A stretch of DNA of 64,000 bases from assembly GCA_032718475.1 (NCBI GenBank), contig JAUCBJ010003773.1, forward strand, positions 107,448 to 171,447, given 5' to 3'. This stretch comes from Nemertoderma westbladi (taxonomy: Eukaryota; Animalia; Xenacoelomorpha). The position numbers and the translations under genes were made by a program. Below the pieces are notes generated by a model. That model made no database searches. It was not told the origin of the DNA and saw nothing but the letters and a program-made list of their open reading frames with translations. This document shows positions 1 to 14,052 of this stretch, piece after piece (within the stretch, counting starts at the first letter, position 1; every line of letters starts with the position of its first letter).

Positions 1-159
1 CGTTACCGTAGTTATTATTCTGGAAAATATTTAATAAAATATAATAATTTTACGTAGAAATACAGTGAAATATGTTGTATTATATTTTATCTTTTCGCAT
101 AAGTTTCTATAATATATAATTTAGCAACAAAAAGTACTAATTTAAGCATAAAATTACGT

Positions 160-405
160 GAGGGTGCGGTGGGGATTGGCCGCAATAAAAATTCATCCCT
201 ATCCAGAGGAAAAGGGAGATAGCCGATTACTCCCAAAAATAAAACTGTAACCTGTTCTATTGTGTTTAGTATATTGTTTTGGTTAAAATAACGTGCCACT
301 GTAACCTGCTCCTTTCCCTAAATTGAGAATTTAACATTGAGGCGGGATATTAATTCGCCAAGATGGGATTTGCGTACAGTCCCCCCCCCCCCCCCCCCCC
401 CCCTG
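160..405 (-). mobile_element. ~250-bp MITE, family also present at 2810-3042 and 29531-29785
   Basis: Reverse complement aligns with 29531-29785 (TTGGCGAATTAATATCCCGCCTCAATGTTAAATTCTCAATTTAG...CAGGTTACAGTGGCACGTTATTTTAACCAAAACAATA); G-run and C-run ends. Confidence 0.75.
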
Positions 406-1329
406 AGTGTGCGGCTAACACCTTAATAATGCCGAACCAACGAGGAATTTTGATTGTTTTAACATTCTTAAACTTTTCCATTCCACTGTATCCGGTCCAT
501 ATCACTACCTCAACCCAATGAGACCCTTTCACATAACTTACTATACTGTCACTGAATGCTTACTCATTGCCTCGAGTGTTTTTCACTTTATATTTATATG
601 AATTGTTCTTCCTATAATAATGGAAGATATGCATCCTGTAGTCAATATATCTCCTCTCGAACCCTTGCCTAATTATAATCCCTCGGTCAATCAATTATTC
701 AGAGGAGTGTGTTTGCCTCGGGGATTGCTTCCGGTTTAATCGATAATTTTCCAAGTCGCCGTAAATCGCTCCTGATTTAATATCAGCCAGCTTCGCGAGT
801 CGCGCGTTATTCAAATCTATTCCACTCCAATATCTTTGCGAATAATATTACCATTTTCTAATGCGATTTACTGTCACCGAAACTAAATATATTCTAGATG
901 TTTGGCGAGTTTCGTACCAACCCGAATCATATGAATTTGTTGATATTTTACATCAAAGATTATTGGCTTATTTGCTGTTAACCAATATTACATTGATTTA
1001 CTAATTGATTCTCTTTTCCAATTCAACAAATGTTAAATAATACTTATAAAGAGATAATTATATTGCTCAAGATTGGAATATATCTGGAGCATTTGCTTCT
1101 ACAAAGATAATAAATCAAAACTACGGAGTCACCATTCTGTAGGCCTGATCCTAAGCAGTAAGCACATTTCAAAATTTAGTGGATGCACACTGAGATTTCA
1201 TATCTTAGAAAAAGTTTCCAGAAAAAAAAAATTGTAATAGAGCTTTTAACTCTGTCATATCGTCAATGGGTGTGACCAAGAAAGTGAAAATATAGATTTT
1301 AATTATGACAAGAAATAAGGGGGGAATTA

Positions 1330-1640
1330 TCGCGGTTTATATAATCATAGCCAGTCACTCGGCGCCACTGACATGGTGAAGCAGCATGCATTCCATTTAT
1401 ATTCGGTGCGGCTATGGTGAAGGGAAGACGTCCCTTTTTCCATAGTTTTCCATTCGGAACTTCGAACTTGGGAATGAACAACAGTCCCGAACTGGTAGAC
1501 CTGAGATACAGTAGCTGGCTGGCGCGTACGGGGTTCGCAGTTTACAGAGATAAGAGGGATCATACATAGCCTTGTAGACACTTGTTTACGTATAAGATTC
1601 GATTCGGCGTCAGATTGCGATCCAGTGCAACATGTTACCC
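1330..1640 (-). mobile_element. Degenerate L2-clade LINE 3' fragment
   Basis: Frameshifted minus-strand translation gives LHW...VYKAMY..PSYL...PYAP...LRSTSSGLLFIPKF...YGKR..FTIAAP..WN, the typical L2 ORF2 C-terminus. Confidence 0.65.
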
Positions 1641-2225
1641 ATTTACACCATTATCGTATACATTATTGTATACTTCACTTTAAATTGTTCGCACATTAAC
1701 AATTATTCTATAGGCCAATTTTATTCTGCAGTATTATTCTAAATTTAATTGAAAATTGTATATAACCTTAAATTAAATTTTTTTTATTGAACTTTGCCGA
1801 CTTTATATACATCACAAAAACCACAGTTCGCAGGCAGTTTTGAAAAAATGCTAATTGTTGAATGACACACCTAATACACGACGTGCTTTGCTTAAGGATA
1901 ACAGTTAGTACTGTACCATTGAGTTACAATGAAACTGCTATCTGTCAGTCATTAATCGAAAGATTTATAATTCCATATAAAGGAAAGATTGAGAAACGAA
2001 TCTGGCACTTTCTGCCCTGGTGATAGGCACGCGGAACCGGTATGCGAAAACCAGGGCGGCCCGGAAATCAAGTTTTAAATTATATTCATTATGAAAGCCC
2101 AGTGAAACATAAGAAACTACTAAAGCCAACTTTAATGAAAGCTCCTTATCTATGGGCGAGATATCCCACGGCCACTATAGGGCACTGCCAGGATCACCAG
2201 ATACATTCCATAGGATAATGCAGTT

Positions 2226-2275
2226 CCAGATCAGGAAATTAGTCTTGCTCATGCAAGACTAATTTCCTGATCTGG
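2226..2275. repeat. Perfect inverted repeat, 23-bp arms, 4-nt loop
   Basis: CCAGATCAGGAAATTAGTCTTGC-TCAT-GCAAGACTAATTTCCTGATCTGG. Confidence 0.95.
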
Positions 2276-2809
2276 CCCGAAAGCCCTTCCTGGTGTTCAA
2301 TTATTAGTCTCAATTTTGTTCTTTCAAATTTTTTATTAAGCCACTAGATTATTCTGCTTGGTTTGTGCTTTAGAAGCTTGCTGGTTCAGCTTCTATGGCT
2401 ACGTGGTGATTTGCCCTTGGATGTTCTAAATTAGGAATGTTGTCCTGTCTTTCATTTATTCAGTGCCGTTACATGTTTTGCTTACTTCGTGTACTGATCA
2501 AGGTTATGTAGTTTGTAAGGTACTGTCTATTGTGTATTGTGTTATGGTTTGAATACGGTTTACGCTGTAAGGGGAACTGTACGTACGTATACAGTAAAGT
2601 GTGTGAGATGTGTAAAGTTATTATTATAAAAGAAAATCGATGCAAATAATAACATCAAAAATTACCTGTAATAAATATTCTCTGTGGTACCATTATGCTA
2701 CCAAATCTCATGTATAGATTATATAATAGCCTGTCACTGTGACTTATACCACTTTTCATAAATTTCAGGACATATGTCCTTTTTATAAAGCGCAATTGAA
2801 GCTTATAGG

Positions 2810-3042
2810 AGACAGGGGATAAACTGAACGTAAATCCCATCTCGGCGAATCATCAATGTTAATTACCAATTTAGGGAAAGGAGCAGATTATAGTGGAACG
2901 TTATTCTAACCAAAACAACAAACGAATGTCATTAGAACAGGTTACAGTTTTATTTTTGAGAATAATCAGTTGTTATTTATGCCGATTTTCCCCTGGAAGG
3001 GGATGAATTTTGATTGGATAGAAAGTCCCCCCCCCCTCCCCA
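2810..3042 (+). mobile_element. Diverged copy of the ~250-bp MITE family
   Basis: GACAGGGG start, central CTAACCAAAACAA...AGAACAGGTTACAGTTTTATTTTTGAG, C-run end; collinear with 29531-29785. Confidence 0.7.
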
Positions 3043-5877
3043 TCTGGTTTATTGACACTATATGCTGGTTGTGTCAGCAACCCGCTGACTCTAAAGAACA
3101 TATCCAATGCTGCTCTGCTATCTCCCCAATCTCATCGGATTTATTCTCGCTTTGTTTTTCATCTGCCTTGAGCAACCGGATTTTAATTAAGTTAGTGCCT
3201 GTTTAAACATACACATGGTGGTAATAAAATCACCAATCCATTGACACTGTATTATTTTATTAAGTTGGTTAAATGGATATATTATCCTATTAATAATCAA
3301 TTGTTACTAACAGTTTTATACTAATTGTCAAAGTAATATTTTACAAGTTATTAGACTTGACATTAAAGGAGTCATGTTCGCTCAGTCATGGAGGTAGCCT
3401 TATAAATAGGTCGTTAAAAGCCTAATCTTGTTCACGGTAAACGGTAGAGCTGGGTTTTAGCAACTATGTACCACTATAAAATTGTATAGAACCCCTATTT
3501 CTTGTTTATATGCGTGGTATTTCCATATCAAACTTTGTCAATTCGAGTTATTTAACCGTCACATTTTCTATCCAGCAAATAGCATTACGTAAGTAAAAGA
3601 TTCACACACCATGTTTAGGTATTCTTTATTGTAGCATATTATTGTCTATTTGTGTAAATTTTAAACAATGTAATTTCATTTTATGGTAACAAAACACACT
3701 AATCATCGCAGAGTACATCAATATATTCAGGTTGAGAATCCAAAGCATTAATGCGTGTCAGCATTACAAGGCCTACATTCATGCGGCTGTCTCAATATTT
3801 ATTGTAATAAACATAAAAGTCAATCAAATTTAAGGAGGACAGGTGCAGCTGTACTCGTTTAGGCTTGTTGGATGTAATTCGAATTTAGAAATCAATAATT
3901 CCATAATCTTCTTGTATGAAATAGAAGTGTAAAGCGAAAATAAGTTCATAAGTATTAACTCTATTAAATGCTGTCTGTATGTGTGGGATTCTAGTTTGCT
4001 CCATAAGTGATGGCCAGAACAAGTAAATAACAAGTGCAAGAACAAGTACTCGAACAAGTACTCGAACAAGTAATTCTATATTCAACTGATTTGTTGCTGC
4101 AGAAAAGTTATTTTGCGAACAAATAATTTATAATTTTTGCTTGTTTGCTTGAGTTAAGGTGGTATTCCACTGGGTAGTAGTTGTGTTCAAACGCCATATA
4201 TCCTAATACATCAATATATATATATATTTATTATTACAGGCAGATTGGTACTGACTTCCAGACTCACTGATACTACACTTACATCTGTACAAACATACTC
4301 AGTTACCAGCAGTACTGCATAGTACCACAACCGTACACTAGTACTATTACAGTAGTCACAGTTGGTTTAATTTTGATTATGTAATGACCCCCCCCCCCCC
4401 CCGACAGAAATTTGTAATATATTTATTTATTTATATTTTTTCTATTTTTTAAATTTAATATTAATTAGTATTGATTTTTTAATAAGAAAAAAATATTTAA
4501 AATATTTATTATAGAAATTATTAGAAATTTATTGATTTGATTATGGTTTATCTTGAAACAAAACGTTTGTGAAGATGAGGCTGAGCCATAGACTTATAAA
4601 AATTTAGTACAAGTTATTTCAGGAAGATATGGCATGTTATTTTAGATTTCAATATGGTTTAATAAGTAAATAACCACACAAAATCAAAACAATGGATTCA
4701 TTAAATAATCGTGATCGGTCTATAATTAGCATTGATGTATATGGCATACATTTTTTTAATTTGATTTTGTGAGGAATTTTTCACATCTATCGTTTTTTTG
4801 CGCGGAATTTAGCGCGAAAAAAGTAGTAAAAATGTATCATGTACATTTATTGAAACTCAATCAACGGTCATTCATTACAGACGTAACAATAAAAAGTATT
4901 TATATTATCTTTGATAGACAACATTCGCCTATATGTCCAAATCAAATAGTGACACTGCTACTGTGTTTGTTAACTCAATAGAATGCAGATTAATATTCCA
5001 TTGTACAACTGCTACTTATCTGTAGTTGCTCCGCCATTTACTCATTTATAATACGTTAATTCGATGTAATTAATTTGTTACAAAAGAGCCCTTAAGTGTG
5101 TTTGCACTTCCTCCATCATCATCTCAAGTGTTCTTGCCAACTCCCATTAAATGTAGTGCCAGAACTCCCATCGGGATATCATTTAATCTCCCATGTTATG
5201 CACATAGAGGTTAAAACTATGCTCTCTGCGTGACACCTCAACGTGTTACTTACTATGTTGCGATTTCAATATTTTTTCACAGCGATTGGTTTGTTATAAT
5301 GTGCCGCGCGGGTGACCTCAAAGTCATATCTTATTAAAACAGTTTCGTAATGCAATAAATATTTGTTTCATAAGAGTCAGGCTAAACTGATAAACATATG
5401 GCATTCAATTCACTATAATTGAGTAGGTTATAATGCATTAATTAACATATTATGGTAAGTATAATGTTGAATAGTAGATAGTAGATTATTAATTCATTAA
5501 ATCGTTTACTATAGAGGCGCATCTGAACTATAATTGTATAATATTGTCTAAATAATATATGTTAGTATTTTCTGTATTTATTGTAACTTTAGGCCTAATA
5601 TTTTAGTAACTAATACTTCTTCTATGTCTAAAATTTAAATGTTTATGGCAACGGAGGTGAGGTTCAGTAGACCACTATTACTAACATCACAGCTCGCAGG
5701 TTAAGGAATTTGGTTCGAATTGAAACTCGAAATTCATGTCAGAAATCTATCGACATGATTTAAGAAATATGCTTTTTTGAGGCTAAAAATGTTTATCGTT
5801 CTTACCATCAATTTATGTAGGCTAAATAAAATATTGTGTATTGTTTTGGTTACCCAACAGGTTTTCCCTAAAAACCC

Positions 5878-6901
5878 TTCAAAATTAACTATATTATTAC
5901 TGATTCACTATATTATTACTGATTAACTATATTATTACTGATTAACTATATTATAACTGATTCACTATATTATTACTGATTCGTATTTATTTACTATTAA
6001 ATACTATGAACAAAAAGTCAAATACAATTTTTAATTTTAATTTCCACCACCACCAAAATTAAATTTAGTAAGATTTTTACATCCTTCCACCAAACACAAG
6101 TCTAAAACTTGGATTCACCGTAAAACCGGCACCGTCCCCAAACCCGAGCGCCCTCCATGGCCGCCTACCGCCACGCAGGCACAGGGAGTTTGAGCGCAAC
6201 AGCGCAAACAATAGGCGCCTCTGCACTCCGCCCAGCACACAGGCTAGGCCTCGCTCTCGCATCCCACGCTGCCGGGCCACCAGGGTCTCCGCGAGGTGGC
6301 GGATTAGGATATCGGCCTCCTTGCACCACACCCCGTCGGTGGTTCCGACTAGGGAGGTGAAGGAGATCCGACGGTCCTCGCACACTGCGGCATAGTGTAC
6401 CTTCTTGGCGCGGACCCTCTGCTGGAGAACGGAGTCTAGAGACCGGTTAACATAAGAGGGGGCGTCAGCGTTTACAACCGCAATGTCAAATGACGCCACC
6501 CTCTGTTCGGCCCAGACTCCCCTCGCCAGGAGGTCCGCCCTTACTCCACCCACCTCGCGGCCCTGTCTGTCCAGGTAGCCGGACGCCAACGTAACCTCAC
6601 GCTGGACGCACGAGCCCCCGAACGCGGACGCGATTAAGTCCCCGAAGATCTCCCGCACCTCATTGTGCCGCTTGATAATCAAGCCCCCCGACTTGCAATT
6701 AAGGGCGTGGGACGTCGAAAAAGACTCCCCACACCCCTCGCACTTAGCCGGGAGGCCGGGCGGCGTCAACCCATACCGCAAGGCAAGGTTGTCCCGGAAA
6801 CTTCGGGGTCCAGGTCGGTGTGGTCCACCGCCGAAGGCTGAGCGGTCAGCCACCCTCCCGTCTTGTGGGAGACCGTGCGCTCCACCATGCGGCGCCATTC
6901 G
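5878..6901 (-). mobile_element. 5'-truncated CRE-clade non-LTR retrotransposon (restriction-like endonuclease region)
   Basis: GC-rich island. Minus strand encodes GWLTAQPS...(frameshift)FRDNLALRYG, CCHC knuckle CEGC-x7-H-x3-C, RHNEVR and RADLL...FDIAV (PD-(D/E)xK type). 15-bp TSD TTTCCCTAAAAACCC at 5863-5877 and 6902-6916. Five 19-bp tandem repeats at the 3' end (5886-5981). Confidence 0.85.
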
Positions 6902-7099
6902 TTTCCCTAAAAACCCAGTTTATGTAAGTGCTTATTCTAACCAAAACAATAAACTAATTAGCATTTATACAGGTTATAAGACAGAAATAAGTTCTATAAA
7001 GCACTTAATAAGAAGAAATTTAATAAAATATATAAATTTATAAATTTATATATATAAAATTCCAATAAAAAGTCGACCTAAAAGTGAATAACTATGGTA

Positions 7100-7720
7100 T
7101 TCGCATGGGAGGGCAATATTCATGGAACATCCTGAGTCATCCATAATTCCAATGGGGTGGATATATTCCCCTTTAATCTGGTAGCAGAACCCATGGATCA
7201 CAAGGAAAATATGTTGCAGATTTCGAAATTTTGAGAGAGTTTAAAATTTGATTACAGGTTAGAAGAAAATATCTTCTTCAAAGTTGATCTTTTAAATAAA
7301 AGTCAATAAAAGTAAAAGGAAATCGAACAGCTGTAGATGATTCAACTGTTGATTGATATAAATGATTTTCATTCTCTCTGGATTTATCTAACGAACCCAG
7401 AATTTGCAGGCTTGAGGTAAAATGTGGTTGAAAGACCCTCCCCCACACGTATCACAACCAAATCTAGAAAGGACTAGGAGCCATGTTCCTCCATCTCAAT
7501 GGTACACTATTGAGATTGGGATGGAGGGCATTGACCTCTTTCGTCTTCTTTGGAGTTTGGAGCCCTCAGTGAGATGCTTGTCGAACTGTGACATAAGGTT
7601 GACTGTTGATTGTGTATGGGACCCAATGGATTCCCCATGTCGACACAATCTATCACACAGACGTAGTTAGCATGGTGACCTATGTATACAACATCCTTGA
7701 TAATTAAGTGAATGAGATGT
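7100..7720 (-). mobile_element. Degenerate Penelope-like RT fragment
   Basis: Minus-strand peptides DCVDMGNPLGP and NALHPNL..IEMEEHGS.SFLDLVVIRVGEGLSTTFYLKPANSG match PLE RT domains; stops and frameshifts present. Confidence 0.65.
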
Positions 7721-8557
7721 TCTTTTCTGTAGATAAACAGCCTATTTGCTTGCTGTACAAGTAGGTAGGTTAGGTGTAGGTGTGATTTTTACCCTCATTT
7801 TTGCTCAATTGATTTAATTATAATTGTTCCATCATATTATGCAAACTATGTTATCTGAAAATATATTTTAATTCTGATTCAATGGATAACTTAGTTACAT
7901 ATTATATATTTGATTAATAATCAATTATACTATTTATATATGACATAGCGGTAGAGAGCCCGTAGGCAGGTTGGTCAAGCAATCATTTTATCAGTTACAG
8001 TTCAGTGCAATTTAACTTATATCTCCAAATCGCATAATATATACTGGTAGTAATTTGTTTGAAAGGAGGTGCCAAAATGAAGTGTACTAATTGTTAAGTG
8101 TTTACAATGCTAAAGTCCAGATTAAATAATTTAGAGATAATTCGAAATCCTAAGTACTTGTTTAATACAAACATTTACGATTTATTTTATTCAATATTAT
8201 ATTTAATAAATACGAAGAAGTATAATAATCCTCAAAACTATTCCGTGATGTTTTATTTCGTAATGTTAGAGATGGTGTTAAACGGACTTTAACAAATTGT
8301 TATTTAATTATTTTATTTTTTTTTTATTTATATAGTTAATTACTTGGAATTATCTTGAATACTTTGAGGTTCATAGACGTTTTTTCACTTTATTGTCGAG
8401 GTCAACATTATGAGTAACTCGGGATCGCAGGTTAGTTTGATGGCTTTAGAGCATTTTCTGTCATCATTGATTTGTTTAGCAATAAACGGCAGTGAAATAT
8501 AACGGCAGAAAGTCTGGTATTCTTCACATGGGACAGTTACCCCCATGTAAAGAATAC

Positions 8558-8760
8558 CAGGTTTTCACCAAAACCACAGGTTACAGAAGGGCTGAATCTA
8601 ACCAAAACAATAAACGAATTAGTATATGTACAGGTTATAAGACAGAAATAAGCGCTATAAAACACTTAATAAAGATAAATTAAAAAAAATAAAAAATCTT
8701 CATATATAAAAAAAAAATAAAAAGTCGACCGAAAAGTGAAATCCTGGTATTCTTCACATA
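8558..8760 (+). repeat. Dispersed repeat; uninterrupted relative of the CRE insertion site
   Basis: Collinear with 5858-5877 joined to 6917-7100 (CAGGTTTTC...TCTAACCAAAACAATAAAC...ACAGGTTATAAGACAGAAATAAG...AAAAGTCGACC.AAAAGTGAA). Confidence 0.8.
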
Positions 8761-9439
8761 GGCGATAAAATCATTATTAATCTATTTGAGTTTGAGATAA
8801 TATAATGTTGTGAATATGATTTTAGGTTGTCAATATTTTGAAGTTGAATTTGTTGGATTTAAAAAGAACCAAAACTGTAATTTTTTTTATTGTTTTACAT
8901 ATCATCATAGCCTTTGTTTAGTTTAGCTCCTGTTTTAAGTATTACGGGTATGAAGGGAGGGTCCTAACCTCAATATTATATTGTTGAAGTTTTGAACAGA
9001 ATAGATGATAGTAACCAAAAGCATTACCCTCAGGTTTATTGACACTGCCTCCAAGCGGTTGATGAAATACCATGTTTTTAATAATTAGATGGGTAGAGCA
9101 GTTTATGACTTTGCCAAAGTAATTGGCTTAGTTTTTCCGTGTTTGCGAGTAAGGCAGACTACCATATAACTACATCCATATGGGTTGGGTTTTGCCTCGA
9201 GTATTGCCAGTTTCTGTCCCAGTAGAACAGCCAGATAAACAACATATCTCTAGCATATTTTTATTTCGCCAGAGAGAGCCCAGATGTTTCAATTCAATTA
9301 TTGCTCTTTAAACCACAATAAATTGTGAGTCTTCGAAAATATAAATATTATGAAATTATTTATATCCATTTATTTGTGAAGCGTTTTTAAATTTTAGTTA
9401 CATCGCGCAACGCCACACCGCCACAGTTCGCGATCAGCC

Positions 9440-10060
9440 ATGTAGACCCCAATTGATCTGCATTAGCAAGACCAAACAGTGTCTTTCAGGGAGAGTTTCA
9501 GGAATGACCATGTTTCTTCTTGCCAGTCGGGTCGCATATAAAAAGATCATATGCGCTCAGTCCCACTACAACATCACTGGTGGAAGAAAACTCATCCTTC
9601 GTGTTTTTACCAAGATTGTATGTATATTGCCTGACGATAAAGTAGTATCAAGTAGTATCAAGTAGTAAGCAGTATCCTGGTGTGCGCACCATCAAGGGAT
9701 CTGATTTCTTTTGCAGTAAGAGAAAAGCCCAACATGGACTGCATCAAGGGGTTTACAGCTGCCTGGAATAGATTCACCTTCAGATAATGTTTTGATTCCA
9801 GTTGATGCATAAACCCTTGATGTTTACTTAATGGTACATTTCCGAAACAAAAATCCTTGGTAGCCTACATCGCCAACAAGGCAATCCACCATCCATTGAC
9901 TGAGCACACTAACAGCCTCTGACCCGCTGGGTGCTATCTATCTTGCTCTTTGTATTAAGTGTATTGGTTGTTTCCTCTACCTCTACAACCACTGGCTGGT
10001 TGAAGAAGCAGAGACAATCGCAGCACATAGTCCACCACAATAATGGTGAGCTGTAAACCT
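9440..10060 (-). mobile_element. Old, highly diverged RTE-like LINE fragment
   Basis: Minus-strand peptides LKVNLFQAAV, SPCWA, LTAKEIRSLDGAHTRIL and LKDT...ADQL correspond to the C-terminus of the RT ORF at 37164-38798. Confidence 0.6.
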
Positions 10061-10444
10061 TTAAGTACACCCGAGGGTACTTCAAATGGATCTTATCTCC
10101 ATCTGTCCAACGATTTGTGCCACCACAAATACAATATACAATTTGCCTGTAAAGTGGAGGTCGCTTTGTTTAAATGGCAAGCTTGGGGGAATAACATGCG
10201 ACTGATGCCAGCTCATTCCCTGTGATTGATAAGTTAACTTTGAGACGTGATATTCATTCGAGGATTCATGGGATTTGCGTCCAGTCACCCCCCCTCCCCC
10301 CCCCCCCCCCCTGTCTACCTCACAGATAATTGATTAATAATCCGCAGAAGTGTTAGTATGGTACAGTGTTCTATTTCGGCTATCGTTTTCACAATAAAAA
10401 CTCAATACTCATCTATGGGAAGTACTTAGCGTGAACTTCTGCTG

Positions 10445-10527
10445 TGAAAATTAACGGCAAATTCAATCTGCCGTGAACTCATGTCGTGAAGAAGTTCACC
10501 ACAGGTTGAATTTGCCGTCAATTTTCA
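10445..10527. repeat. Small imperfect foldback (~35-bp arms)
   Basis: TGAAAATTAACGGCAAATTCAATCTGCCGTGAACT ... AGTTCACCACAGGTTGAATTTGCCGTCAATTTTCA. Confidence 0.8.
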
Positions 10528-12354
10528 GTATATTCATTCGTTCATTATATGATATTATCCACTACAATAGAAGTAGCTACCAGACACCAGTTGCAACAAT
10601 TCCTAATTAATTTTTATTGCTACCATGACGGGTTGGCTCCATCTACCGTATCGGAGCCGCAGACACTAATATTGTAATAACTTTTGAGTGTGTTGTTGAT
10701 TGGTGAATGGGGTGAAGGGTTAATAATATTAATAAAAAACGCTTTGTTTTTTTTATTGCTTTTTGTAGGTCTGGGAAGGGGGGCCGTTGTGATTAATAAA
10801 AAGGACAATACAATTTAATGATGGCTCCATATCGCTTTCCTTAATTAAACAGTGCTGCTACATTGTCTTGATTTCGAATCCGCTACGTCACATAGTCAAT
10901 GTATTGAAACGGAGCGGGAACAACGTTGATTTGCGCTTAATAATCAGATTAAATAGAAAAATATTAATTAGTTTATTTCATTATTTCCAAACCCCTTGAT
11001 GTATTAATTAACTTGTTTGTTTTGATTGTAATAATCTAAAACTGAATTAACCATGTGTTTGTGCTTGTGCTTGTTCATGTAGCGAGCATGTCCTTGCGGA
11101 CAAACTATGAAACAAACAATATGGTTTGTAGCCACCCAACATCATGCTGGTACACGTATTGGGATGTTCCTGCCATTGTATTTGATTAATTGCTAGTAAT
11201 CTTCTATAGCAGCTGTAAGTCGCGGAGAGTAACATTCACTCAATATGCCTCAAATATCGACCGCCAACACCCAAATCACATGCAATAATGTAAGCGCTAT
11301 CGATTCGTGCACCTGAGCAATTTAGTGCATCAGGGCAGAATCGACAAAGTCTCATTCATCGAATATTGAATATTCAAATTTAATATGATAATATTTAATA
11401 CACAATATATTTTTATATAAGCGACGTAGTTTACATGCTCAGAGAAAAAATATAAAGAAATAAAATAATAATACAATTTAAAGTTAATAATGCGCATAAT
11501 GCGCATACGGTAACATTTACATATTTTTATACTCGTGGCAAGACCCTCTACACCCCCAACAGATTCTCCACCGCCGGAGTATACCTGAAAGTATTTTAAC
11601 TAATTTAGTGGTAGACGCACTTCATACCTGTATAACCTGATGAAAGTGTTTTTCAATAAAATCCTGTATTTAGATGTTTCATTGTTATTTATAACTTAAT
11701 TTGTAAATAATAAAGGAATATAACAGTTATATGCCGTTTTATTTATGAATTACTATTATCTATACTATATCTGGTACTAACTATGAGTTGAGTACCAGTT
11801 AAATATCTATCTATAAATAAGCTTGCTACTATTATCGAATTTTATGTAATAATGGGGGCCATAACACGCAATACAAATTTTTCAGGAAGACTTTTTAAAA
11901 ATTTACATCTTAATGTAATGTCAGGGGGCGCATGGTGATGTTAGTTAGATGTGGGTTAAAGGATGTTACTGAATTAGGACACTCTTATTCACCAGGACAT
12001 GGTGTACGTGCTCATACAGTTGAGTGATTATACTCATGTCATTTTGAAACATAGTCTTAGCATTGTCTTGGTGTTTAACATTTGGAGCTGATATTTACAT
12101 GTATTCTATTCCGTGTGTATACGAACCTGATTGAGAAGGATAAACCGAATATGTGTCGGTAATTATATTATAATGATGCAGCCTGTTACGTATTAAATAC
12201 ACCTACCTCACTTGGGTTTTGGTTACAAGTTACAGCACGAAGGATCCCATGGGATGCGTGTATATACAAAAATGGATGGATGAAGGACAATTATTTCATC
12301 CTGGAAAAGTTAATATAATGTAGTTTTACCAAATTCCAAATTTGTTAAATCCAC

Positions 12355-14052
12355 AATCCGTCCACAGCACACCGTGCCCCACGCACAGCACATCGAGCCC
12401 CACCCACAGCACATCGAGCCGCACCCACAGCACGTTTAGCCCCACCCACATCACATCGAGCCCCACTCACAGCACATCGAGCCCCACCCACAGCACATTG
12501 AACCCCACCCACAGCACATCGAGCCCCACCCACAGCACATCGAGCCGCACCCACAGCACGTTTAGCCCCAGCCACAGCACATCGAGCCCCACTCACAGCA
12601 CATCGTGCCCCACCCACAGCACATCGAGTCCCACCCACAGCACATCGTGCCCCACCCAAAGCACACCGTGCCCACTCACAGCACATCGAACGCCATCCAC
12701 AGCACATCGAGCCCCACCCACAGCACATCGAACGCCACCCACAGCACATCGAGCCCCACCCACAGCACATCGAGCCGCACCCACAGCACGTTTAGCCCCA
12801 CCCACAGCAGATCGAGCCCCATCCACAGCACATCGAGCCCCACTCACAGCACATCGAACCCCACCCAAAGCACATCGAATCCCACCCACAGCACATCGAG
12901 CCCCACCCACAGCACATCGAGCCGCACCCACAGCACGTTTAGCCCCACCCACAGCACGTTTAGCCCCACCCACAGCACATCGAGCCGCACCCACAGCACG
13001 TTTAGCCCCACCCACAGCACATCGAGCCCCACTCACAGCGCATCGACCCCTATCCACAGCACATCGAGCCCTACCCACAGCATATCGAGCCCCACCCACA
13101 GCACATCAAGCCGCACCACAGCACGTATAGCCCCACCCACAGCACATCGAGCCCCACCCACAGCACATCGAGCCCGACTCACAGCACATCGTGCCCCACC
13201 CACAGCACATCGAGTCCCACCAACAGCACATCGAGCCGCACCCACAGCACGTTTAGCCCCACCCAAGGCACATCGAGCCCCACCCACAGCACATCGAGCA
13301 CCACTCACAGCACATCGTGCCCCACCCACAGCACATCGAGTCCCACCCACAGCACATCGAACTCCACCCACAGCACATCGAGCCCCACCCACAGCACATC
13401 GAACGCCACCCACAGCACATCGAGCCCCACCCACAGCACATCGAGGCGCACCCACAGCACGTTTAGCCCCACCCACAGCACATCAAGCCCCACCCACAGC
13501 ACATCGAGTCCCACCCACAGCACATCGAACTCCACCCAGAGCACATCGAGCCCCACCCACAGCACATCGAACGCCACCCACAGCACATCGAGCCCCACCC
13601 ACAGCACATCGAGGCGCACCCACAGCACGTTTAGCCCCACCCACAGCACATCAAGCCCCACCCACAGCACATCGAGCCCCACCCACAGCACATCGAACGC
13701 CACCCACAGCACATCGAGCCACACCCACAGCACATCGAGCCCGACCCACAGCACATCGTGCCCCACCCACAGCACATCGAGTCCCACCTACAGCACATCG
13801 TTCCCCACCCAAAGCACATCGTGCCCCACTCACAGCACATCGAACTCCACCCACAGCACATCGAGCCCCACCCACAGCACATCGAACGCCACCCACAGCA
13901 CATCGAGCCACACCCACAGCACATCGAGGCGCACCCACAGCACGTTTAGCCCCACCCACAGCACATCGAGCCCCACTCACAGCACATCGAGCCCCACCCA
14001 CAGCACATCGAACCCCACCCACAGCACATCGAGCCCCACCCACAGCACATCG
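12355..14052. repeat. 21-bp minisatellite, left block (~80 units)
   Basis: Consensus CACAGCACATCGAGCCCCACC in tandem. Confidence 0.97.

Noticed and set aside
1430-1465. Neuropeptide-like amidation site MENYGKR on the minus strand
   Set aside because: It is the YGxR motif of a decayed L2 ORF2 C-terminus; no signal peptide or precursor frame.
6157-7043. Antisense and alternative-frame ORFs over the GC-rich island
   Set aside because: Shadow ORFs of the CRE element caused by high GC content.
2438-11210. Candidate first (signal peptide) exons of the GPCR near 2438, 5640 and 11110
   Set aside because: None combines a convincing signal peptide with a good phase-0 donor; exon 1 is left unassigned.
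12150-12310. Possible pogo/Tigger transposase scrap (WMDE-like peptide)
   Set aside because: Too short and degenerate to support.
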